A DNA stretch of 64,000 bases from Eledone cirrhosa (GCA_964016885.1 OZ024757.1:27218001-27282000); one strand, 5' to 3'; shown: positions 11,158 to 23,313, counted from the stretch's first letter. The notes: a model not told the origin generated them from the sequence alone. A program made the numbers and translations.

Positions 11158-13422
11158 CTCAGGAGGAAAATATGGAAGTTAAAGGACCCCACAGCCAGGA
11201 ATAAATTTCAAAGCATATTACTTGATGCTTTCGACAGTAAGGAAGAACATTTAGAGTCGGACAATATAGAGGGAGAGTGGGAATTTCTGAAAGCAAACCT
11301 GCTGTTGGCGACAGACGAGGTCTGTGGCTGGAGCAGGCCTGTAGGCAGGAGGAGAGTAACATGGTGGTGGAACAGTAAGGTGGAGGGGTCAATTAAGGCC
11401 AAAAAGCAGGCTTGGAAAGTATGGCGGGATGGGGGAAGTAGAGAGGACTATCAAGTGGCCAGGAGGGAAGCTAGGAGACAAGTGTACTTAGCAAGAAGGG
11501 AAGCTGAGGAAAGAAAGTTCAAGCATGTTCTACAACGCGATGACCAAAAACGTGAGGTGTTCAGGATTGCTAGGCAATGCGTCAAGGAAAACCGTGATAT
11601 TGTCGGGGAGAAGTGTGTACTAAACGACGATGGCACACTTGCCATCACCGACGCTGATAAGAAGGTAGCTTGGAAGTGTCACTATGAAAGGCTTCTAAAT
11701 GAGGAGAATAATTGGGAGAAAGGCAGTCTCCCCCATATCGACCCAATAGAGGGACCAGCAGTGTTAGTCGAGGGGAGTATAATAAGTAAGGCAATCAAGG
11801 ATATGAAGACTGGTAAGGCGGCTGGGCCTTCGGAAATAGTTGCTGAGATGCTGAAGGCATCTGGCACGGTGGGACACACCATGGTCACCCGCATAGTTAA
11901 CCAAGTCGTACAAAACGGGGTTGTTCCGAAGGACTGGCATAGCAGCATCATCGTTAACTGTTATAAGGGTAAAGGAGACGCCCTAGATAGGAGTAACTAT
12001 AGAGGCATTAAATTAATCGACCAGGTCATGAAGGTCACGGAAAGAGTAATAGCGCAACTAATCAGAGAGAGAATTGACCTAGATGAAATGCAGTTCGGGT
12101 TTGTGTCAGGCAAAAGTACCACAGACGCTCTTTTCATAGTACGACAACTACAAGAGAAGTACCTAGCTAAAGGTAAACCCCTCTACTTAGCTTTTGTCGA
12201 CTTGGAGAAAGCCTTCGACAGAGTCCCCCGCTCCATTATCTGGTGGGCTCTTAGAAAACTAGGCGTTGACGAATGGCTTGTGAGGGCTATACAAGCCATG
12301 TATAAAGAAACAGTCAGCAAGGTTAGAATTAACAACGAATATAGTGAAGAGTTTAGCGTAAAAGTCGGCGTCCATCAGGGCTCTGTTCTCAGTCCACTAC
12401 TATTTATTATTGCCCTTCAGGCCATAACAGAGGAGTTCAAGACAGGCTGCCCATGGGAACTCCTATACGCAGACGACCTGACACTCATAGCGGAATCAAT
12501 GGCCGAGCTAGAGAAGAAATTCCAAACATGGAAGCACGGCCTAGAGTCAAAAGGACTTAAAATTAACCTGGCTAAGACCAAAGTACTAGTTTGTAGGAAA
12601 GAAAACAAGGCGGCGGTCCCTTCTGGGAAATGGTCGTGCTCGGTGTGTAGGAAAGGCGTAGGTAGAAACTCCATTTTATGTCCTAAATGCAAAGTATGGG
12701 TGCATAAAAGATGTAGTGGGATCACAGGTAGGCTAACTAAGAACATAGATTTTACATGTGGCCGGTGCTCTGGTGCAATAAGTAGCAGCAAGTGCCCACA
12801 AACTACTAGCTCTTTCAATTGCGCAGAGGGTTCTATAGAAATAGTGGACAGCTTCCGTTACCTGGGCGATAAAATCAGCAGTGGGGGAGGGTGCTCTGAA
12901 AGTACTGTAGCTAGAGTCAGAACTGGTTGGAAAAAGTTCAGAGAGCTTATACCACTATTAGCTGCTAAAGGGTTCTCACTAAAAATGAAAGGCAGGTTGT
13001 ACGATGCCTGCATACGAACAGCAATGCTGCATGGCAGTGAGACCTGGGCATTGTGTGCAGAGGATATACGCAGACTAGAGAGGAACGAAGCTTGCATGCT
13101 CCGCTGGATGTGTAACAGTAATATACGTGAACGGCAAAGCATAAACGAACTAAGGAATAAATTAGAGATAAGAGGGATCAGATGTTGTTTACTCGAGAGA
13201 AGGCTACGTTGGTATGGACACGTGATGCGCATGAAAGTCGATAGCTGTATAACAAAGTGCAGGGCAATAAAGATAGACGGTAGTCACGGAATAGGCAGAC
13301 CTAGAAAAACCTGGGACGAGCTGATAAACTCCGGCATCACACACTTACACCTCTCCAAGACAATGTCACTGGACCGAGACCTTTGGCGGTACTCAGTAAC
13401 AGAGAAGACCCGCCTTACCTAA
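11158..13422 (+). CDS. RTE ORF: tether (WWN) + RT + PHD finger + C-terminal domain, uninterrupted
   Basis: TWWWN, KAAGPSEI, YRGIKL, DLEKAFD, QGSVLSP, YADD, CSVC-x10-CPKC-x4-H-x2-C-x14-CGRC, YLG, GRPRKTW, DRDLWR. Confidence 0.92.
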   Translation, partial: LRRKIWKLKDPTARNKFQSILLDAFDSKEEHLESDNIEGEWEFLKANLLLATDEVCGWSRPVGRRRVTWWWNSKVEGSIKAKKQAWKVWRDGGSREDYQVARREARRQVYLARREAEERKFKHVLQRDDQKREVFRIARQCVKENRDIVGEKCVLNDDGTLAITDADKKVAWKCHYERLLNEENNWEKGSLPHIDPIEGPAVLVEGSIISKAIKDMKTGKAAGPSEIVAEMLKASGTVGHTMVTRIVNQVVQNGVVPKDWHSSIIVNCYKGKGDALDRSNYRGIKLIDQVMKVTERVIAQLIRERIDLDEMQFGFVSGKSTTDALFIVRQLQEKYLAKGKPLYLAFVDLEKAFDRVPRSIIWWALRKLGVDEWLVRAIQAMYKETVSKVRINNEYSEEFSVKVGVHQGSVLSPLLFIIALQAITEEFKTGCPWELLYADDLTLIAESMAELEKKFQTWKHGLESKGLKINLAKTKVLVCRKENKAAVPSGKWSCSVCRKGVGRNSILCPKCKVWVHKRCSGITGRLTKNIDFTCGRCSGAISSSKCPQTTSSFNCAEGSIEIVDSFRYLGDKISSGGGCSESTVARVRTGWKKFRELIPLLAAKGFSLKMKGRLYDACIRTAMLHGSETWALCAEDIRRLERNEACMLRWMCNSNIRERQSINELRNKLEIRGIRCCLLERRLRWYGHVMRMKVDSCITKCRAIKIDGSHGIGRPRKTWDELINSGITHLHLSKTMSLDRDLWRYSVTEKTRLT

Positions 13423-13817
13423 ATATATAGTAAAACCTACTCCAGCCAGTAGGCATCTCTAACAAATACACCCCGTCCCACCACCCCCACCCGATCCACA
13501 CCACCCCGTTCTATGTAAAGTTATGTTGGTGCCGCGCCATCGAGGCCGAAACAAATGAGATCGTGTAGGTGTCACGACAAAAAAACACACAGTCCACGCT
13601 GTAATGTGGCCGTGTAGGCAACACGGTAAAAACCTCCCAGACCCACACTGTAAATGTGGTTGGTGTTAGGAAGGGCATCCAACTGTAGAAAACCTGCCAG
13701 ACAGTCCTATGCGAGCAAGACAATCACTCTTGCCTCAAGTGGGACTACCCCCGTCCAAACCCATGCAAGCGTGGAACACGGACGTTAAACGCTGATGATG
13801 ATGATGATGATGATGAT
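11158..13817 (+). mobile_element. Longest RTE-A LINE copy (5'-truncated, lacks APE endonuclease)
   Basis: Open frame from about 11158 (RRKIWKLKD...) through RT to stop at 13422, then 3' UTR and (GAT)n tail; embedded in (TA)n. Confidence 0.95.
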
Positions 13818-14069
13818 ATACAATATATATATATAGTAATAATAATAAATTTGAAGACTAAAATCCAAAGAGGGCTCGATAAGCGATTCTTTGCTTAAAC
13901 TTTAATCTGTTATTTTAATATATATATATACACACACACATATTCGACTTCTATATAGTTTCCACTGACAAAATATTGATTGGTAAACCCTAATCTATAG
14001 CAGCAGAGACAGTTACCTAATTTGACACAGTGTAGGGTTAAACCCAGGACCCCATGGGGCTGCTCAGCA

Positions 14070-15215
14070 AATGTCATCACCACCACATCACCACTACACC
14101 ACTACATCACCACCACACCACCACATCACCACTACATCATCACATCACCACTACACCACCACCACATCACCACCACTCCACCACCACATCATCACATCAC
14201 CACCACCACATCACCACTACACCACGACCACATCACCACTACACCTGCTACAAATAAACAGATGTGTTTAAAAAAAAAAAAATCAAACAGGGATGTGTTT
14301 CTGTCATGTTTTGTTTCCTATCATTAACCAACACTGACAATAATGTAGACATGTACACTCACACACACACATTATTAACAGCATACACAGACACACACAC
14401 GTATCCACACACTCACACACACACTCATTATCAACAACATACAGACACACACGTATCCACACACACACACACACACTCATTATCAACAACATACACAGAC
14501 ACACACGCATCCACATACACATTATCAACAACATACACAGACACACACGCATCCACATACATACACACACACGCATACACATTATCAACAACATACACAG
14601 ACACACACATCTCCACATACACACACACACACACATTATCAACAACATACACTGACACACACGCATCCACATAAACACACACACACACTCATACACATTA
14701 TCAACAACATACACAGACACACACGTATCCACACACACACATTATCAACAACATATACATTGACAGATATTAACAACACACAGACACACTCATACACAGA
14801 CACATTATCAACAGCATACACACATTATCAACAACATACACACACACACTATCAACAACATACACATACACCTGTGTTAGTAGTTACCAATACCAACAGG
14901 TATTGATTGGAGAGCCATCAGGTTTATATATTAACACCACCATGACCATCACTAACACCACCACCACCACCATGAACCCCCCACCCCCCATACAATCACA
15001 TACCTCTTCCACCACTACCATCAATACTACCACAGCCAACACCACCACACCACCACCACCACTATCACATACAATCACCCACTACTACCATCAACACCAT
15101 CACCACCACCACCACTATCACATACAATCACCCACTACTACCATCAACACCACCACCACCATCAACACCACCACCACCACCACCACCACCACCACCACTA
15201 TCACATACAATCACC
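14070..15215. repeat. (CAC/CAT)n low-complexity tracts and CA-rich minisatellite
   Basis: Unit about CACATTATCAACAACATACACAGACACACACGCATC repeated about 10 times at 14360-14870. Confidence 0.85.
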
Positions 15216-15599
15216 AAGTAACCATGGTTGGTTTTCATCGTTTCATCTTTGCCGCCATGCACGGAGGATGAATGTCTTTGATAATGATGATGTTGATGAT
15301 GAAGATGATGATGATGTGTGAGGGAGGTGTCATTATTGAAGTTATAGTGTAGAAAAGGGAGGGGCTCTGGCAGGTTGTAGACAGCAGGTTGAAAAAAAAA
15401 AGGGGGGGGGTTATGTATTCACAGAAAGTGATTGGAATTTGATGAGCTAATGATAATTATAAAGAGATTTTGTTTAACCCCAGGTCAGGCTTGATCAAGC
15501 AATTCAATGATCAAAGAGCTTCCCAGCTGATTTCAGCATGCCTTTTTCTTATTTGTTTTTATTGATTTATTTAACATCAACAACAATAATAATAATAAT

Positions 15600-16190
15600 A
15601 ATTGTTTCTACTTTAGGCACAAGGCCAGCAAATACCCAGTGCATTACTGGTACTTTTTATTTTATCGACCCCGTAAGGATGAAAGGCAAAGTCAACCTCG
15701 GCGGGACTTGAACTCAGATCGTAAAGGGACGTAACTATGCTGGAAAGCATGGCATCCGACCCTCTACCGATACTGCCATTAGGCACAAGGCCAGCAATTT
15801 GAAGGGGAGGGGAAAGTTGATTGAATCGACTCCAGTGTATAACTGGTACTTTATTTATCAACCCCGTAAGGATGAAAGGCAAAGCTAACCTCGGATTTGA
15901 ACTCAGAATGTAAACAGTCGTAACTCTATGCCACAAAGCGCGTTGTCCGATGCTCTACCGATTCTGCCAATCCACCGGCCATAGTAATTATTATTATTAT
16001 TGCAGTGGACTGGCAGTATCGATAGAGGGTCAGACGCCATACTTTGCAGCACAGAGTGACGCCCATTTACAGTCTGAGTTCAAATCCCGCCGAGGTTAAC
16101 TTTGCCTTTCATCCTAACAGGGTCGATAAAATAAAGTACCAGTAATGTACTGGGTTATTGCTGGCCTTGTGCCAAAAGTAGAAACAATTA
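15600..16190. mobile_element. Cluster of tRNA-SINE copies (two on -, one on +)
   Basis: Same A/B boxes and core as 1-245. Further clusters at 17395-17920, 44010-44205, 49500-49870, 51900-52245, 55607-55800 and 57860-58560. Confidence 0.8.
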
Positions 16191-16229
16191 TTTTTTTTAT
16201 CTCATATTTTGTTGGAACAACTGGATTCT

Positions 16230-17010
16230 TGCCTGAGTATCAGGCTTGCTACCTGCAGCCAATGGTACTATGCTATTTGTTCTCTTCAACTATCAGTTAC
16301 TTCCCTGATAATTCTGGCCATGTCAAGGAATCAAATGTTTTACATTAGCTCTACTGGACACTATATTCCTATTTTCTTTATGTTCCTCTCAATATCATTT
16401 GATACTGTCCCCAAGTCCCCAACAACAATCAGCAATATATTCACCTTTTTCATTTTCCACAGTGTGGGCTAACTTGTAATTAATCCTTTAGCATTTAAAC
16501 CGACCATATCCGACCAGAATTCTTTCACCTCTTTCTGTTTAAACTGGCTGTAACCGGCCACTTATATTTATGTTAAGGTATTGTTCTCAAAATAAATAAT
16601 AACAAAATCTCATAGATTTGATATTATGCAAGATAATTACGTGAGATAAAGCTTCTATTGTGAAAATACAATAGTATATATAAAGTAATAAAGGGTTAAG
16701 AGGATTGTACAAGTCTGCTTTCTCACCTAGAGTCAAATGGGCATGGCATGCAATGTTGTTTACAAGACACATGATTTACTTTGTCCATGACCACTAAATC
16801 TAGTTTGTTGTGCTGAAGTACCTGGTGGTTTGAATTGGGAAATCCCACAAGATGTTGCTAGTCTCTGACTCAGGTTGGTGGTTGTACCATGTCTAACTTC
16901 TCTTTAACCCCAACTTTTCACTTAGTTTTCAATGCAGAACTTTGATACGTCATTATGTCTAAAAAACTTTTACTGGTTTTGGGAAAGTCTAGGACATTCT
17001 ATTACGGCAA
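16230..17010 (-). pseudogene. Decayed R4/Dong/NeSL-like LINE 3' region (restriction-like endonuclease), split by a TTAA MITE at 16479-16698
   Basis: Minus-strand translation segments WYNHQPE...ILWDFPIQT, LWKMKKVNILLIVVGDLGTVS and MARIIREV match the RLE C-terminus pattern. Confidence 0.7.
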
Positions 17011-17029
17011 GTCTATATATTCTGTTACA

Positions 17030-17390
17030 TTATTAGTATTATTGGATGTGCAATGTTGATGTGCGTGAACGACCAAGCAAAGATGAGATGAGAGTGAAAC
17101 TGTATATAAGAGGGATAAACTGTATTGTGCGGGAGAGAAGACTGCGTTGGTATGGCCATGTGATTCGCATAGAAGATGACTGCTGGGTGAAAAAATGCCA
17201 AGAAATCTCGGTGGAAAGAAGATGCAGAAGGGGAAGGCCATGAAAAACATGGGTGGAGGTGGTGAGATCTGACGCTGAAGCTCACAGAGGAGATGATGAG
17301 GGACCATGATGAATGGAGAGATGCTCTGCTGAAGAAGACCCGTCCCACCCTTGCAAGCAGGGAAAAGCAGACATAAAATGATGATGATAA
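17030..17390 (+). mobile_element. RTE subfamily B 3' fragment (degenerate)
   Basis: WMCNVDVRERPS...RRLRWYGHV...GRP, then ACCCGTCCCACCCTTGCAAGCAGGGAAAAG and a (GAT)n tail. Confidence 0.85.
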
Positions 17391-18043
17391 ATGAGGGCAG
17401 TGGATTGGCAGTATCGGTAGTGTTGGACACCATGCTTTGCAGCATAGAGTTATGGCCCTTTATGGTCTAAGATCAAATCCGCCAAGCTTAACTTTGCCTT
17501 TCATCCTTACAAGGTCGATAAAATAAAGTACCAGTAATGCACTGGGATAATTGCTGGCCTTGTGCCAAAAGTAAACATATTATTATTAGAGCAGTGGATT
17601 GGCAGTATCGGTAGAGCATTGGACACTCTGCTTCTTGGCAAAGAGTTATGGCCCTTTCCAGGGCCAGTTAGCACTATTTTCTGCAACTTTTCCTTAGATG
17701 GTTTTCCAGGCATTTAGTTCAATTATTATTACGGTGAATTGGCAGTATTGGTAGAGAGTCGGACGCCATGCTTTGCAGCATAGTTACGTCCCTTTACGAT
17801 CTGAGTTCAAATCCCGCCGAGGTTAACTTTGCCTTTCATCCTTACAGGGTCGATAAAATAAAGTACCAGTAATGTACTGGGTAATTGCTGGCCTTGTGCC
17901 AAAAGTAGAAACAATTATTATTATGACCGTTTAAGTGAGAGACAGAGTGAGAGAAAGCATGTGATTTTAAGTGTGTGTGTGAGCTGTAAAGAGTGAAGAA
18001 CTGAATGTTTCCAGGAAACGTTTTTATATTTTGTCTGAATGAG

Positions 18044-18078
<35 letters not shown>

Positions 18079-18436
18079 AGAGAGAGAGGCATGGTGTGAA
18101 AGGGTGAGAAGTCTGTTGAGTGTGCAGTGAACAGAGGAAGGGGAAACTACAACTGCAATGATGGGAAAGGTAGAGAGCCAATACCTGAAGCCATTGGAAT
18201 GGGGCAGGGAATAAAAGAAACAAAAAAAAAAAAGGAACCGGGTGGTGTTAGAATAAACAATATGTAGAAGGGGCTATAGAAGACAAAGAGAGCAACCACA
18301 CCTAGAAAGTTATGTAAACAAAAGCCCCCCCAGCTAGAATAAGTAGTGAGGATTTAAGAATCAACTGTTCCCCTCTTCTTAAAAAGCAATTTCCAGTCAT
18401 TTGATTTATGTAACATAAATTATTATGTATTCTTAT

Positions 18437-18439
<3 letters not shown>

Positions 18440-18467
<28 letters not shown>

Positions 18468-18500
18468 CATATACACATACATATATATACATATATATAA

Positions 18501-18548
<48 letters not shown>

Positions 18549-18640
18549 ATATACATTATACATATACATATACATACATATATATATATATATACATATA
18601 TATATAGATATATATGTATATATATATATAAGTATATATA

Positions 18641-18679
<39 letters not shown>

Positions 18680-18787
18680 ATATATATATATGTGTGTATA
18701 TATATATATATATGTATATATGTGTGTGTATATATATACACACACACACACACATCTATATATATATATATATATACACATATATAG
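18440..18787. repeat. (TA)n/(CA)n compound microsatellite
   Basis: Direct inspection. Confidence 0.95.
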
Positions 18788-18902
18788 ACTCAGAGGTGGG
18801 AGGAGGAAGCAATGTGGCAGTATGCTACTACGTCTGTCTCTCGGTCAAAAACATAACATTCTTTAAAGCTTACCATCATTCTATTGCTATACATCACGCA
18901 AT

Positions 18903-18965
18903 GTACACCTGATGAGGTCACCGGGGTCTTACACAACCTGGCCACTGAAATGTGCATCGTTTTTG
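18903..18965 (+). ncRNA. Type I minimal hammerhead ribozyme motif
   Basis: AC-CTGATGA(18909)-GGTCA...TGGCC-act-GAAA(18947)-TGTGCA-TC^GT. Stem I is short or eroded. Confidence 0.65.
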
Positions 18966-19161
18966 CAGAATTAAAAAATTAAGGAAATTCAACTTATTTG
19001 GCCTCCTGTCATTTCACTTTATAATACATTTGCTCCGTTCCTGCACCACCAACATGATTCAACATTAAAGATGGATGAGTTGCATAACATTGAGTGCTTT
19101 TCTCATATTACGTCATGTTTAACATTGCAAAATGACCAATTCTAACCAAATTTAACCGTGA

Positions 19162-19205
<44 letters not shown>

Positions 19206-19238
19206 ATTCATTCTCTTGCATACTATATATTTATATAT

Positions 19239-19575
19239 AGGGAGGCACATGGCTTAGTGATTAGAGCATTGGCCTTGCAATCGAAAGGTTGAGTTCAAAT
19301 CTCAGACCGGGTGATGTGTTGTTTCCTTGAGCAAGACACTTTATTTCACATTGCTCCAGTTTACTCAGCTGTAGAAATGAGATGATAGAGACTGGGGTCT
19401 ACATCATTCCACTGCAAAGTGGTCGTGGAGGTGCCACGGCAAAAAAGCACCCAGCATTCACTGTAAATGAGGTTGGTGTTAGGAAGGGCATCCAGCTGTA
19501 GAAATCAAGCCAGAATCAGTTCCCGTCCCACCCTTGCAAGTAGGGAAAAAGCGGACGTAAAATGAAATGAAATGA
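19239..19575 (+). mobile_element. Full-length tRNA/CORE-like SINE with RTE-B-derived 3' tail
   Basis: TGGCTTAGTGATTAG (A box), GAGTTCAAATC (B box), TCCTTGAGCAAGACACT core, tail CCGTCCCACCCTTGCAAGTAGGGAAAAAGCGGACGTAAAATGA. Copies at 23510-23790 (+) and 55985-56193 (-). Confidence 0.8.
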
Positions 19576-19953
19576 TAGATAGATAGTCATACTCTTGTAC
19601 ACTGTATATGATATATACTTCATCATCATCAATTAACGTCTGTTTTTGTTGCTAGCAAGGGCTCAAAGGGTTAACAGTCCTCTTAGATGGGCCAAGGGCC
19701 TGCAAGTTGCTTATTTATGTTCCTGCATCTCACTTATATATGATAACCAATGTAACACCAACACTCATGAGGTTATCATGCAGATGTCACAACAAAAAGC
19801 ACCCAAAACACACTGTAAAGTGGTTGGTGTTAAAAAGAACATCCAGCCATAGAAACTGAGCCAGAATCATTTCTGTGAGCAAGACATGGTTACCTGATTT
19901 GACTTGCTTCAAATGGACGTTAAACGATGATATATATATATATATATATATAT

Positions 19954-20149
19954 GAAAAAGTATGACCCCGACGGCAGAGCTCAAGACGTTTCGACGGCTA
20001 TTTCTGGACTCAGTCCAGAAATAGCCGTCGAAACGGCTTGAGCTCTGCTGTCGGGGTCATACTTTTTCCTATTTCCCACTCTACTACCCTAAGTATTGAG
20101 TACTCTGGTGCGTTATGCTCCATCTGGTTCCTTACCATATTTCCTTTGT

Positions 20150-20152
<3 letters not shown>
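19954..20152 (+). mobile_element. Fold-back element (hairpin + tail) in (TA)n
   Basis: Near-perfect inverted repeat 19954-20068, then an about 85-bp shared tail. Confidence 0.85.
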
Positions 20153-20198
<46 letters not shown>

Positions 20199-20654
20199 TT
20201 CTTGAAGTTACAAACCTAGATAAGTTACATTTCTAGATCAAGCTGACATGCCACACACATACACATATAAAACACAAACTGACCCACCACACACACACAC
20301 ACACACATCCCATACATACGTCACACACAATGACTCACACCCACCCACCAAACCACTGACACACACACACACACACACACACACCACACCAATGGATGAT
20401 GGATACATGGTTTGATTGAGTAAAGACAAACTCAGTGAGTGAGGGTGGTGGTGAGGAAGTGAATGTGTGATGTTTATGTTGTGGTCATGTGATCAGAACA
20501 GCTGATGACAAGTTTGAGTTGAAAATGTTGCTGCTGGTGATGTTTGATGCTTGGCGAGGGTTATTGATTGGGCTGAAGTGTCTAGGTGTATATATATATA
20601 TATACACACACACACACATATATATATGTACACATATATATACACATATAAATT

Positions 20655-20695
<41 letters not shown>

Positions 20696-20723
20696 TTATA
20701 CATATATATATATACATTTATAT

Positions 20724-20756
<33 letters not shown>

Positions 20757-20758
<2 letters not shown>

Positions 20759-20952
20759 GGAAAATATATGACCCCAACGGCAGAGCTCAAGCCGTTTCGA
20801 CGGCTATTTCTGGAGTTCAGAAATAGCTGTCGAAACGGCTTGAGCTCTGCTGTTGGGGTCATATATTTTCCTACTTCCCACTCTACTACCCTAATTATTG
20901 AGTACCTTGGTGCGTTATGGTCCATCTGGTTCCTTACCACAATTCCTTTGTT
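20757..20952 (+). mobile_element. Fold-back element (hairpin + tail) in (TA)n
   Basis: Inverted repeat 20757-20873 plus shared tail. Confidence 0.85.
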
Positions 20953-21319
20953 ATATATATATATATATATCAGCATCATTGCACGAATTAGCCGAGTTGT
21001 CCTGTTGTGGGCAATGTTAGGTCAGGTGACCATGTCTAGCATATATATATATATATCATCATTTTTACATCCAGGTCCTTCTCAGCACAGCATCTCTCCA
21101 ATTGCTGTGTTCCTTTGTCATCTCCTCTATGAGTCTTAGCGATTTTATAGTTTTTAGGTATAAAGACAAAATCATAGAGAATTTCTAATGTGATGCACGC
21201 AAACTACTGTTTTATACTTTAAGAATACCTTGCCAATGTGGTTTCATATGGTACAGGACATTAAAAGTTAAAGCTTCTACAAATGGCAGGACACACAATA
21301 TCATATTTTCAAGGAACTG

Positions 21320-22770
21320 GAGGAGGTGATGGTGGTGGTGGTGGTATTGATGGTTGGTTGTGATGGTATTGATGGTGGTGGTGGTGATGGTATTGATGGT
21401 GGTGCTGGTGATGGTGATGGTATTGGTGGTGGTGGTGATGGTATTGGTGGTGGTGGTGGTGATGGTATTGATGGTGGTGCTGGTGATGGTGATGGTATTG
21501 GTGGTGGTGGTGATGGTATTGATGGTGGTGGTGATGGTATTGATGGTGGTGGTGGTATTGATGGATGGTGGTGGTGGTATTGATGGTGATGGTGATGGTA
21601 TTGCTGGTGGTGGTGATGGTATTGATGGTGGTGGTGGTGGTGATGGTATTGGTGATGGTATTGGTGGTGGTGGTGATGGTATTGATGGTGATGGTGGTGA
21701 TGGTATTGGTGATGGTATTGGTGGTGGTGGTGATGGTATTGATGGTGGTGGTGGTGATGGTATTGATGGTGGTGGTGGTGATGGTATTGATGATGGTGGT
21801 GGTGGTATTGATGGTGGTGGCGGTGGTTATGATGGTGGTGGTGATGGTATTGATGGTGGTGGTGATGGTGCTGGTGATGGTATTGATGGTGGTCGTGGTA
21901 TCTCTCCACTTGTCACGGTCCTTCGTCATGATGATGATAATGCATATGATGCTGCAGCTTATGATGATGATGATAATGGATATAATGATGATGATGATGA
22001 TGATAATAATGGATATAATGATGATGATGATGCTGATAAAAGCATTATGACTGATTCCAAACATCTGTTGATCTAAGATAGAATAATACAGTACATATGT
22101 TACAGCTATTAACAATGGTACAGAAGAAAGAGTTAACTTAAAGACTTAGTAGTAGTAGTAGTAGTAGTAGTAGCAGTAGTGGTGATGGTAGTAGTAGTAG
22201 TGGTTGTAGTGGGGGTATTGTTATTGTTGGTAGTAGAAGTAGTAGTGGTGGTTGTGGTGGTGAAAGTAGTAGTAGTAGTAGTTAGTGATGGTGGTATTGT
22301 TATTGGTAGAAGTAGTAGTTTAGTAGTTGTGGTGGTGACAGTAGTAGTAGTAGTAGTAAAAGTAGTAGTAATGGTGGTGGCGGTGCCAGTAGTGATGGTG
22401 GTATTGTTATTGGTAGAAGTAGTAGTTTAGTAGTTGTGGTGGTGACAGTAGTAGTAGTAGTAGTAAAAGTAGTAGTAATGGTGGTGGCGGTGCCAGTAGT
22501 GATGGTGGTATTGTTATTGGTAGAAGTAGTAGTTTAGTAGTTGTGGTGGTGACAGTAGTAGTAGTAGTAGTAAAAGTAGTAGTAATGGTGGTGGCGGTGC
22601 CAGTAGTGATGGTCGTATTGTTATTGGTAGAAGTAGTAGTTTAGTAGTTGTGGTGGTGACAGTAGTAGTAGTAGTAGTAAAAGTAGTAGTAATGGTGGTG
22701 GCGGTGCCAGTAGTGATGGTCGTATTGTTATTGTTGTTGGTAGAACTAGTAGTAGTAGCAGCAGCAGCAG
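21320..22770. repeat. (GGT/GAT)n and (GTA/GTG)n triplet repeats with higher-order duplication
   Basis: GATGGTATT(GGT)n units at 21320-21900; an about 105-110-bp block repeated about 4 times at 22290-22740. Confidence 0.9.
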
Positions 22771-23250
22771 CTGTGGTGACAGAGACAGGGAATATGCCTG
22801 AGTGTGGAGGAATTACAAGAGAACTAAAGCATGTGTGTGTATCAAGAGACACACACACAGATACACGCAGACAGACACACACATCCACAAGGGAGCCACA
22901 CAATGGCCATACATACACACATATATACATACACACATGTACATTCACACATAGACAGTTACATGTATACATACACATGCACATACACACACATACATAC
23001 ATACATACAAATATATTCACTCACACATACATACACACATAGATACATACACACATATATACACATGCACGCACACAGACATACATACATCTATACACAT
23101 GCACACACACATACACACATCCATACACATGCACACAAATACATACATACATGCTCACATACACAAATACAGCCGACAACCATCCAAATCCGTCCCACAT
23201 AATGACCACGCGCGCACACACACACACATATATATATGCATACATATCTA

Positions 23251-23282
<32 letters not shown>

Positions 23283-23313
23283 TTACATATATATATATAT
23301 GCATGCATATCTA

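Noticed and set aside
19239-19310. tRNA genes (also SINE heads at 16003, 17395, 55607)
   Set aside because: A/B boxes are present but continue into SINE bodies with no complete cloverleaf.
19409-19500. Pistol or twister ribozyme in the SINE/RTE UTR module
   Set aside because: CGTGG...CCACG plus an A-run superficially recalls pistol P1, but the P2/P3 arrangement and conserved cleavage-site residues are not evident, and the twister core is not found.
20497-20535. CTGATGA...GAAA as a hammerhead
   Set aside because: Stem II and stem III pairing are poor; likely a chance match.
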